Assembly: GCA_963768675.1 (NCBI GenBank)
Contig: CAVYIV010000015.1
Coordinates: forward strand, 23,586-87,585
Direction of reading: 5' to 3'
Source of the DNA: an uncultured Chloroflexia bacterium
Lineage (GTDB): Bacteria > Chloroflexota > Limnocylindria > Limnocylindrales > CSP1-4
DNA length: 64,000 nt
Shown: piece by piece, positions 55,977 through 64,000 of the stretch
Numbering within the stretch: the stretch's first letter is position 1
How the letters are laid out: the number at the start of each line of letters is the position of its first letter
Position numbers and translations under genes: made by a program
Notes under the pieces: generated by a model
The model's input: the letters and a program-made list of their open reading frames with translations, nothing else
Told to the model about the DNA's origin: nothing
The model's database searches: none

Positions 55977-56937
55977 TCAAGCCGGTTCCCGCACGATCCG
56001 CGCCGGGTCACCCACGATCGGATCCGGTCGTGCGAGCTGCGCAGATGGTGCGGCCGCCAAGGTGACGTCGGCGGAGCCCGCCGGCGGGGAGCCCGCCGCC
56101 ACGGCGAACGGAGCGCCCAGCTCGGGGAGGCGTCGCGCGGGCGAAGCCGGACCTGGCGCCGGTCGCGGCGACAGCGAACGGCGAAGAGGGCCGCTCCGCC
56201 CGTCGCGAGCGGGGGATCGATCCGGCCCCGGCGGTCATCGGCGCAGCCGCTGGTCTACCGGTGAGGCCCGGCGGTGTCGAGCCGGCCGCGGTCGCGTCCC
56301 CCGCACCCGCTGTCGCCGGCGACGCTGCGTCAGCGTCCGCCGCGTCGTCGCCTGCGAGGGCACGGCCTCGCCGAGGTCACCGAGGCGCACGAGGTCGGCC
56401 GCCTCGGCCACCCGGATCCTCGTGGGCGATCCCGTCTGGACGATTCCGGCCGCCCCGATCGCGTCACCGGGACTCAGCAGCGAAAGCAGCGGGCGCGCGT
56501 CGCCGGCGAGCTCGAGCCGCGCGGTACCCGTCCCGTCGTCGAGGGCGAGGCTTGTCGCATCCACCGTCACCACGAGCCCACCAACCCGCACCGAGCGCCC
56601 AAGGAAGCCGGTGAGGCTCGTGACGTCCGTCCAGGCGACCTTCCGGGTCACGCTGGACCCCAACGACGTGACGTAGACCCGCTCCATGCCAGCCAGGTCG
56701 ACCGGGAGGGCCCCTGCGTTCGTGATCTCGACGTACTCGTCGAAAGCGGAGGTGCCACCGGTGACCACCTCCGCGAGGAGAAGCCCGGTGGACGGATGCC
56801 ATGCCACCGCGGCCGCGGGACGCAGGTTCACGTCCGTCGCGGTCGTGGCTTCCGGACGCGGCGGGCCGCCGGTCAACGTCGCGAGCAGGAGCAGGCTGGC
56901 TGCTCGCGCCGAGCGCGGCGCTCCTCGGGACGCGCAT
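55977..56937 (-). pseudogene. secreted lamin-tail-domain (LTD) plus OB-fold-like protein, heavily frame-interrupted as assembled
   Basis: ATG 56935-56937 (GGGAGG upstream) begins MRVPRSAALGASS. After a shift near 56900 the text continues LLLLATLTGGPPRPE..., then an LTD-like stretch LLLAEVVTGGTSAFDEYVEITNAGALPVDLAGM, then a beta-rich segment GRSVRVGGLVVTVDATSLALDDGTGTARLELAG (ORF 56235..56876). The 3' part is tentative. A PFAVAA(T/G)G motif recurs in two different frames (about 56180 and about 56110), and a frame-2 stop at 55977 sits right before a strong hairpin. This implies up to 3 further shifts. Confidence 0.5.
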
Positions 56938-57107
56938 GGACGACCTCCCGGCGGGCAGGTTGGGGCGGAGCATGCCGGCGGGCGTCGCGGGCGGCGGCGA
57001 TGCCGGGGGTATACCGGGCACGGCTCATCGATCGCTTATCCGCGGCCGCGCTACGATGCTCGGCGCGGCACATCCCGCCGCCCCGACCAGCCGACCCAGG
57101 AGGTTTC

Positions 57108-57830
57108 GTGGCCCGCGCGAAGAGGATCCAGCGTGCCGAGGCGCGCCGCCGTTACCGCTCCGAGGTCGGAGTTGCCAAGAACACGGATCTCGAGGTCGAC
57201 GAAGCGAAACCGAAGCCCCGGAACCGCCACGCCCGGCATCCAGGGGCGGTGCTCGCGCGAGACCGCCCGTAGCGACCTCGACTGCTCGACGCGAGGCGGC
57301 TGGCCCGCGGCCGGGGTTCATCGCGGGGCTTCGTCGCGCAGCGGCGCCGGCCGACATCCTCACCGACGTGCGCGCATTGCCGGCGGTCGCGCTCCACTCG
57401 AAGGCGTTGTGGGTACCGCTGGGCGTTGATCGTCGCGATCACGGTCCTGTTCTTCATTCCCTCGGTCTCGGCGAACGCGTTCGTGGTGTTGCTGGGCAGC
57501 CTGGCGCTCCAGCCGCCGCCGATGATCCTGCCCTTCCTCGGAGGCATGCTCGCGCCGCGGGGGGCCTGGCTCGTGGGCGGGATCGTGGGCCTCGCCAACG
57601 CGGCTGCGTACTCGCTGCTGTTCGGGGTCTTCACGAACTCCGTCCAAACCGGGCTGGGGTTCACCTACGTGATGACCACGGACCAGAAGATCGGGGTCGT
57701 CATCAATGCGGTCGCGACGTCCGTGCCGTTCGGGATCCTCGTCGGGGCGTTCTCCGGCTTCTACCGCCGCTTCCTGGCGATGTCGAGCCCGGCCCGACAG
57801 CAGGCCCCGGCCAAGACGAAGCGCCGCTGA
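57108..57830 (+). pseudogene. hypothetical membrane protein with a basic N-terminus, frame-interrupted as assembled
   Basis: AGGAGG plus GTG 57108 begins VARAKRIQRAEARRRYRSE...DEAKPKPRNR (frame of ORF 56274..57272). RPGFIAGLRRAAAPADILTDVRALPAVALHSKALWVPLG is in the frame of ORF 56801..57865. LIVAITVLFFIPSVS...four TM segments...AKTKRR* is in ORF 57426..57830. One junction lies near 57425; one or two more lie between 57225 and 57310. Confidence 0.5.
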
Positions 57831-57888
57831 CCGGCCGCACATGGTGCCCGCGGGTGGCAGGGTGATGCCGGGCTGATCCGCGGGCTCT

Positions 57889-60800
57889 TCATCCCAGCCG
57901 ACGCATGCCGGCATGGCCGAGCTGGCGGACGCCGCCGGGCGCTGCTGGGCCGCCGGCGCGTCGGGCCACCTGGACGAGCGGGCTGATCTCGCGGGCCACG
58001 ACGTTCACGACGCTCGACTCGCGCTGCAGGCTCCCGTCCACCACGAGCAGGGCGTTGCGCCGCACGACTCCCCGGAGGCGTGCCCACGTGTCCGGCCAGA
58101 GCGTGACGTTCACCATGCCGGTCTCGTCCTCGAGCGCGAGGAAGACGGTTCCCTTCGCCGTCATGGGGTGCTGGCGGGTCACGACCAGCCCGCCGACCCG
58201 AACGCGGCCGGGTCGCCGCTCCGCGAGCGTGGCGTTCGTCACCGCACCGAGCCGCTCCAGCGCGGGGCGGAAGAGCGCCACCACCTGGCGCCGTGCGTCG
58301 AGCGAGAGGATCGCGTAGCTGTCGCCGAGCCGCTCCAGCTCGCTGATCGGCGGAAGGTCCGGTGATGGCGTCGGCGGGAGTCGCAGGTCCAGGGGCCGGC
58401 CGGCGGCCCGGCCACCACCGCGGGGTGCTCCCCTCGCGGGCCGTGCAACCTCCCGCAGCTGCCAGAGCAGCTCCCGGCGCGGCCGGCCCAGCGAGTCGAG
58501 CGCGCCCGCCCGGATGAGCCGCTCGAGCACCTCTTCGGGAAGGTGGGTGCGCTCCACCACGTCCGGGAGCGACGTGTACGGGCCGCGCGCCCGCTCGGCG
58601 TCGAGGTGCGCGGCGTGCTCTTCGCCGATTCCCTTCACGAGGTGCAGCCCCAGGCGGACGCCCCAGCCCACGGCACTCTCGGCGGCCCAACGCTCGCGCG
58701 CCGCGGCGGCCGGGATCACGCAGGCCGGCGAGCGGACCGGGCGCGGCCGCGCCTCGATCCCCGCGTCGGCGGGGAGCGGCTCCCCGGGAGTCGCCGTCGT
58801 GGCGCCCGTCGTCCCCGTCTGGGCCCGCGAGCGCCCAGCCGGGCCGGCCCGCCCACTCGGTGGTGGTCCGGTGATAGGACGCGTTGACGTCCACGGGGAG
58901 GACCGCGACGCCATGGCGCTTCGCGTCGTTCACCAGCACCTCGACCGGGTAGAAGCCCATCGGCTGGGCGTTGACGAGGCCGGTGAGGAACTGGGCCGGG
59001 TAGAAGAGCTTGAGGAACGCCGACTCGTAGGCGGTCCGGGCAAAGGCGGCGGCGTGACTCTTCGCGAACCCGAAGCTCGCGAAGCCGGCGACCCCGCGAT
59101 AGAGCTCCTCGGCGTCCGCCCGCGGCATCCCCTGGACGCTGACGCAGCCGTCGACGAACCGGGCATGGAGCTTCTCCATCTCCGCGCTGGAGCGCCACGT
59201 TCCCATCGCGCGGCGGAAGCCGTCCGAGTCCCCGGGCGAGAACCCGGCGACCTCGATCGCGACCCGCATCACCTGCTCCTGGTAGAGGATCACGCCCATC
59301 GAGTCACGGAGGATCGGCTCGAGCGACGGGTGCAGGTACGTCACCGGCTCCAGGCCCTGCTTGCGGCGCAGGTACGGGTGGACGGCGTTCCCCTGGATCG
59401 GGCCGGGCCGGATGATCGCGACCTCCACCACCAGGTCGTCGAGGCAGCTGGGGCGCGACTTGGGCAGCGTCTGCATCTGGGCCCGACTCTCCACCTGGAA
59501 GACGCCCACCGTGTCGGCCGCCTGGAGCATCGCGAAGACCTCGGGGATCTCCTCCGGGAGCCGGTCGAGGTCCGGGCACGTCGCGCAGTCGCGCTCCACG
59601 AGCGCGAGCGTCTCGTCGATCGCGGCGAGCATCCCGAGGCCGAGCAGGTCCAGCTTGATGAGCTTGAGGGTCTCCACGTCCCGCTTGTCGAACTGGACCA
59701 CGACCCGGCCCGGCATCGTCGCGCGTTCCAGGGGCGCGATGTCGATGAGCGGCGCGGCCGTCACGAGCATGCCGCCGCTGTGGATGCCGAGGTGGCGCGG
59801 AAAGCCGTCGATCCGGGCGCACAGCTCCAGCCAGCGTTCCCACGGCGAGAGCCCGGCGACGCTCCCGCCGAGGGGCCGGGGCGACCCCGCGGCGGCCCCG
59901 GGAGCGAGCCGCGCGACGCTGGCGGGCGAGTCGCCGGGACCGCCCTCGTCGTCCGACGGCCCTCCGGCCCGGATCGCGGGGCGGGCGCCTGCGGGCAGTG
60001 CCCCCGCCGCCGCCTGCGTGGAGCCGCCCGCCGCGAGGATGGTCGAGCTGCCCCATCTCGTCGACGAGCCCGCGCGCGCCGGCGCGGGCGGCCGAGGAAT
60101 CGCCGAGGCATCGCCGTCCGGGCTCTCGCCGGGTCGCCGGAAGAACTCCGCGAAGCCGCCGTCGGCCTCCAGGTCCCGCCGGACCATCACCGAGTCGTAC
60201 GTCTCGAGCGCCTTGGCGACCCGGTCCACGAGGGGCCGCGGGAAGCCGAGCGCGGTACCGACCTCCCGGACCGCCGAGCGGGCCCGGTAGGTCACGAGGT
60301 TGCAGACCATCCCGGTGTGCTCGGGACCGTAGCGCTCGTAGACGTACTGGATGACCTCCTCGCGACGGGCCGAGGAGAAGTCGATGTCCACGTCCGGGTA
60401 GGTGGTGCGACCCTCGTTGATGAACCGCTCGAACAGGAGGTTGTGGCGGATGGGGTCCACCCGGGTGATCCCCAGCGCATAGGCGACGATCGAGTCCGCG
60501 GCGCTCCCCCGACCCTGGGCAGGGATCCGGCGTTCCCTGGCGAACCGCATCAGGTCCCAGCAGATGAGGAAGAACTCGGCCAGGCCAGTCCGCTCGATCA
60601 CGTCGAGCTCGTGGGCGAGCTGGCGCACGACGGGCGGCGTCACAGGGTGATAGTGGCGCCGGATCCCGGCGTGGCACAGCTCCACGAGGTACGAGAACGG
60701 CGTCTCGCCGCCGGGGACGGCGAAGCCGGGGAAGCGGTATCGCTCGAAGCCCAGGTCCACCGTGCAGGCAGCCGCAAGCGTTCCCGCGTTCGCGATCCCC

Positions 60801-61804
60801 TCCGACCAGGCGTGCGCCGTGTGCCGGTCCGAGGTGGCCGGGTCACCGGGAGGCAGGGCCGCGAGCTGGGCCGCGGACTTGAGGTGGTGCTCGCCGCTCG
60901 GCGTGCGCAGGTCGGCCAGCGTCTCGAGGCTCCGGCCGTGGCGGATCGCCACCAGGACGTCGTGGAGCTCGCGATCCTCCGGACGGGCGTAGTGCACATC
61001 GTTCGTGACCACGACCGGGAGGCCCAGCTCGGCGGCCAGGCGCGCGGATTCCGCGACGAGCCAGTCGTCGTCGGGGAGGAGATGGTGGGCAAGCTCGATC
61101 ACGAAGCCGGCCCCGGCGATCGTCTCGCCCGGGCCGCCGAACCTGCGCGCGTACACGCGGGCCACCTCCCGCGCCCCCGCCCGGTCGCCCGCCCGAAGCC
61201 GTCGTGCCAGCTCGCCCTCCCGGCAGCCCGAGAGCGCCACGAGCCCCTCGACGTAGTCCGCGAGCAGCGCCTGGGTGAGCCGGGGGGCGGCCTTCGTCCC
61301 GGCCAGGTTGGCGCGGCTCAGCAGTCGGCAGAGGCTCCGGTATCCGACCGCGTCCCGGGCGAGCAGCACGAGATGCGGACCCCGCTGGGGCGCCCCGATT
61401 CCGCGGTGGTCCTCCTTCGTCGCCGGCCGGTGGCCGGGCAGGCGTGCGCGCTCCGGGCGCGGCCGGGCGGGCAGGCCTCCGAGCGGCCGCCGGTCCAGGG
61501 CGTCCCCGGCGGCGGATGGGCGACCCCGGCGGGCAGGCCGGCGACCCGGGATGACCAGCCCGTCCGGATCCGGGACGAGCGGATCGGCAAGCTCGACCTC
61601 CACCCCGATCACCGGGTGGAGGCCGGCCTCCTCCGCCGCCGTCGCGAAACGGACCACCCCGTACAGGCCCCCGTGGTCCGTGACGGCAAGGCTTGAGAGG
61701 CCCAGCTCGACCGCCCGCGCCACGAGGTCCGTGGGCGGCGAGGCGCCGTCGAGGAAGGAAAAGTTCGTGTGCGCGTGGAGCTCGGCATAGGGCGGCGCGG
61801 GCAT
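57889..61804 (-). pseudogene. dnaE2: error-prone DNA polymerase III alpha-family subunit DnaE2 (ImuC), frame-interrupted as assembled (one shift between 58680 and 58860)
   Basis: The PHP N-terminus MPAPPYAELHAHTNFSFLDGAS, PDVDIDF, the FPRHLGIHSGGM region and the palm/fingers are in ORF 57761..61903. The C-terminus (WGVRLGLHLVKGIGEE...OB fold VRVGGLVVTRQHPMTAKGTVFLALEDETG) is in ORF 57889..58914. Start at ATG 61802-61804. Length check: 3916-1=3915 nt. Confidence 0.88.
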
Positions 61805-61873
61805 GGCACGACCCGGTGGACAGCGTCGAGGAAGGACGGCGACACGGCCGTAACGGCCGGCGGGAGCAGGGCA

Positions 61874-61903
61874 AATATAGAACAGATGTTCTACTCTCGT
61901 CAA
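61874..61903 (-). promoter_or_regulatory. sigma-70-type promoter of dnaE2 (TTGACG-18 nt-TATATT)
   Basis: The minus strand reads gggtcTTGACGagagtagaacatctgttcTATATTtgc. The -10 ends 70 nt upstream of the dnaE2 ATG. This is the most AT-rich patch in the window. Confidence 0.7.
61878..61893. promoter_or_regulatory. LexA (SOS) operator, Cheo-box type TAGAAC-AGAT-GTTCTA
   Basis: GAAC-N4-GTTC with perfect 6-bp palindromic arms. It fits CGAACRNRYGTTYC in the core and lies within the -35/-10 spacer of the dnaE2 promoter. Confidence 0.8.
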
Positions 61904-61998
61904 GACCCAAACGGCGCAGGTGCCTGCGCTTCGCGACCGTCTACCATGAGTGCGAAGTGCCTGGCCCTGGACCGGCTGCGGAGCAAAGGAGCGCGACG

Positions 61999-62130
61999 AT
62001 GGGACCGACGGGACGCGAGTGGCTGGGTGCCGGGCTCCTGGTGCTGATCCTGGTGGCCCTGGTCATCGTGCTCGTCGCGGCCGGCGCGTCCGGCGCGAAG
62101 CCCGCCGCGCTCGTCCAGCTGCTCGCCTGA
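61999..62130 (+). CDS. small hydrophobic protein (43 aa, one predicted TM helix)
   Basis: Own translation: MGPTGREWLGAGLLVLILVALVIVLVAAGASGAKPAALVQLLA*. AAGGAG lies 8 nt upstream of the ATG. Third-codon positions are strongly G/C, as in real genes here. It lies between dnaE2 and the imuB operon, on the opposite strand. Confidence 0.5.
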   Translation: MGPTGREWLGAGLLVLILVALVIVLVAAGASGAKPAALVQLLA

Positions 62131-62144
62131 TTCGGAGCTGCGGG

Positions 62145-62393
62145 TCAGTCGTACAGGCGCTCGAGGTGCCACGAGCCGTCCACGCGGTCCAGGTAGACGA
62201 GGGCGAGCCACTGGCGCCCGACGACTTTGAAGTAGTCGCGCGCGATCGGGCGGCCCCACCACGCCTCGTCGACGCGCCAGCGCGTGCAGACCTCCACGGG
62301 CTCGCGGCGGCCGGCCCAGCGAATCGCGACGAGGCGGCCGGCGTCATCCAGCTCCGCATCCATGACCGGGTGCTCACGCAGGAGGCGCGTCAT
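62145..62393 (-). CDS. small conserved protein coupled to imuB (DUF6504-like, 82 aa)
   Basis: MTRLLREHPVMDAELDDAGRLVAIRWAGRREPVEVCTRWRVDEAWWGRPIARDYFKVVGRQWLALVYLDRVDGSWHLERLYD. The ATG overlaps the imuB stop (ATGA at 62390-62393). The family name is from memory. Confidence 0.7.
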   Translation of the reverse strand: MTRLLREHPVMDAELDDAGRLVAIRWAGRREPVEVCTRWRVDEAWWGRPIARDYFKVVGRQWLALVYLDRVDGSWHLERLYD

Positions 62394-63679
62394 CGGGCCG
62401 GCTCCCCGCCGTCCACGGCGACGGGCCGCCAGGTCCAGCGCGTCTCGGGCAGCGGCGCCTCGGGGTCGGCGATAGAGAGCCGGCCGATCCTGCCCTCCCC
62501 GTAGCGGACGGCCAGCCGGGCGAGCTGCCAGCCGAGCCGGGCGGCCGCGTTCGCCTGGGGAACGAAGAGCGCGAGCTGGTGGCCGGCGGCGGGCGTGACG
62601 TCGAGCAACTCCAGGTCCAGGCGCGCGATCGGCGCAATGGGCGGGTCCTTCTCGAGCCGCGTCAGGAGAAGCCGCTCGAACGCCTCCGGGTCTGCGGATG
62701 GCTCCGGGAACCGCTGCTCCACGATCCGCTTCGGAAGATCCCCACCGGGGAGCGGGAGCCGGCCCGGCCGGAACGTCGGGTCGAGCGTGAGCGTCAGCCG
62801 GGCACGCCCCGCCGCCCAGCCCCGTGCGTCGAGCTGCGCCGCGAGCGCCCCGGCGACCCGCCGCAGGACGAAGCGGACCGCCTCAAGGCCGACGATGGGC
62901 TCGTCGGCCGAGAGCCCCAGCACGAGCCGCGCGGGGCTCCGGCGCGGGCGGAACGGGTCCGTCTCGCGGCCGTTCGCCCGATCGTGGAGCCGCGCGCCGA
63001 CGTCGGTCCCGAAGCGCGCCACGAGCGCCGAGCGCGGCAGCGCGCCGACCTCCCCGATCGTCGCGAGGCCGAACCGGTCGAGCCGGGCCCGGACGTCCGG
63101 GTCGCGCGAGAGGGCTGCGGCCGGGAACGGGGCGAGGAATGTCGCATCCCCGCCGGGAGGCACGCAGACGCACGGGATGACGGACGGGCCCGGGCCGGTG
63201 ACTGCCGCGAGCGCGGCCGCGAACCGGGTCCCGGCGATCCCCGCCCGCGGCGTCCCCGGGAGGAGCTCCGCGAGCGCAGCGCGGATCTTCGTGACGATGA
63301 TCGGCTCCGGCCCCCAGAGCGGCTCCAGCCCGTCGAGCTCCACCTCGAGCGTCCCGAACGCGGGATCGGCGGCATCGACCGAACCGGCGATGCCCGGGCT
63401 GAACGCTGCGAGCGCATCGAGCGCCGCCTCCACGGCCGCCGCGTCCGACGCGGGGTCGGGCGAGACGAACACGACCTCCGGGGCGAGCCGGTGCGCCTGC
63501 CCGAGCGGGATCCCCCGCCGGACGCCGAGATCCCGGGCGGCCTGGTTCGCGTCGAGGACGACGCCGTCATCCCACGGCTGCCCACCGAGGATCAGCGGCC
63601 CGTCGGGCAGGTCCCCGGGCGCCCGCCGGCGGGCGAGCCGGAGCGCGAGGTGCGGCCAGGAGAGGTGGAGGAGGCGCAT
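62390..63679 (-). CDS. imuB: Y-family DNA polymerase-like protein ImuB
   Basis: 429 aa: MRLLHLSWPHLALRLA...VVLDANQAARDLGVRRGIPLGQA...little-finger-like C-terminus. Positioned between an imuA'-like ORF and dnaE2. Confidence 0.85.
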   Translation of the reverse strand: MRLLHLSWPHLALRLARRRAPGDLPDGPLILGGQPWDDGVVLDANQAARDLGVRRGIPLGQAHRLAPEVVFVSPDPASDAAAVEAALDALAAFSPGIAGSVDAADPAFGTLEVELDGLEPLWGPEPIIVTKIRAALAELLPGTPRAGIAGTRFAAALAAVTGPGPSVIPCVCVPPGGDATFLAPFPAAALSRDPDVRARLDRFGLATIGEVGALPRSALVARFGTDVGARLHDRANGRETDPFRPRRSPARLVLGLSADEPIVGLEAVRFVLRRVAGALAAQLDARGWAAGRARLTLTLDPTFRPGRLPLPGGDLPKRIVEQRFPEPSADPEAFERLLLTRLEKDPPIAPIARLDLELLDVTPAAGHQLALFVPQANAAARLGWQLARLAVRYGEGRIGRLSIADPEAPLPETRWTWRPVAVDGGEPAR

Positions 63680-64000
63680 CGGTCGATGGGTGGGACTCGT
63701 GCTGCGGTCGAGGCGGGGCGGCGGAAGCGGGCTCGAAGGGCGCGGCGTCCGGCCGGAGGATGCCGAGTGGCGCCCCCGCGACGGGCTCCTCCGCCAGGAG
63801 CTCGTCGCGGGCCAGGCAGCGGTCCCGCGGCCCCCCCTCCGCGTAGAGGATCCGCAGCGTGGTCCGCCGGTCCGGTATCCCGTGGTGGTCCTTCGCGACG
63901 CGGACCTCCGTCCGCTGTCCCACGACCTCGCGACCCAGCCGGATCCAGCTGCTCCGGCGGAGCTCCAGGCGCAGGCCGGCGCCCTCGTCGAGCGCGGAAC
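63567..64000 (-). CDS. possible ImuA'-like (RecA/SulA-fold) protein, C-terminal part; N-terminus beyond the window end
   Basis: Open frame from the window edge: SALDEGAGLRLELRRSSWIRLGREVVGQRTEVRVAKDHHGIPDRRTTLRILYAEGG... The call rests mainly on position upstream of imuB. The frame runs 113 nt into imuB, so the 3' end may be affected by another indel. Confidence 0.4.
   Translation of the reverse strand, partial: SALDEGAGLRLELRRSSWIRLGREVVGQRTEVRVAKDHHGIPDRRTTLRILYAEGGPRDRCLARDELLAEEPVAGAPLGILRPDAAPFEPASAAPPRPQHESHPSTDAPPPPLLAAPRAPARPPAGARGPARRAADPRWAAVG

Overview
Very GC-rich (judged by eye, not computed), gene-dense bacterial chromosomal segment with about 55 protein genes, mostly on the minus strand. 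I recognised no rRNA, tRNA, CRISPR array, transposase or integrase.

Gene blocks:
(1) 1-5.6 kb: S9 peptidase, ahcY, GNAT, an eIF-2B/MtnA-like protein, apt.
(2) 5.7-18.3 kb: one co-directional glycerol/dihydroxyacetone/PTS array, glpF-dhaK-dhaL-glpK-glpA-glpB-glpC-dhaM-(PanE-family reductase)-ptsH-plsY-ptsI. Many junctions are 4-nt start/stop overlaps.
(3) 18.6-22.8 kb: a second DhaM/DhaL pair. Divergent from it, a third DhaL(DAK2) paralog is translationally coupled to a soluble GAF-PAS histidine kinase and an OmpR-type regulator.
(4) 22.8-31 kb: mfd, pth, ybeY, a 7TM-HD (PgpH/YqfF-like) protein, yqeY, rpsU.
(5) 31-33.8 kb: acyl-CoA synthetase-like gene, lipoprotein, HIT protein.
(6) 33.9-49 kb: Bacillus-like heat-shock neighbourhood lepA-CPBP-hemW-hrcA-grpE-dnaK-[ABC-2 exporter + ppgK]-dnaJ-prmA-mtaB. 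It has a sigma-A-type promoter and two tandem CIRCE operators.
(7) 49-55.2 kb: rpsT with a long Ala/Lys tail, a DMT transporter, eno-pgk-gap.
(8) 55.6-57.8 kb: DUF5679-type zinc-ribbon mini-protein, a lamin-tail/OB-fold secreted protein, a membrane protein.
(9) 57.9-64 kb: SOS mutasome imuA'(partial)-imuB-small protein, then dnaE2. A perfect Cheo-type LexA box sits inside the dnaE2 promoter, and a small hydrophobic ORF is divergent from it.

Major caveat: from about 22.2 kb onward at least about 25 genes or gene segments are interrupted by frame changes. Every resolved one is the same net +1 type (one extra base) on both strands, and there is also one in-frame TAG. The first 22 kb has none. 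Because dnaK, pgk, pth, ybeY and dnaE2 are hit, I read these as consensus/assembly indels rather than real pseudogenes. I therefore call the affected genes across their fragments.

The most interesting candidates for new biology are the DAK2-HK-RR module, the extra mutasome components and the SOS-linked small membrane ORF. None can be proven novel from sequence alone.
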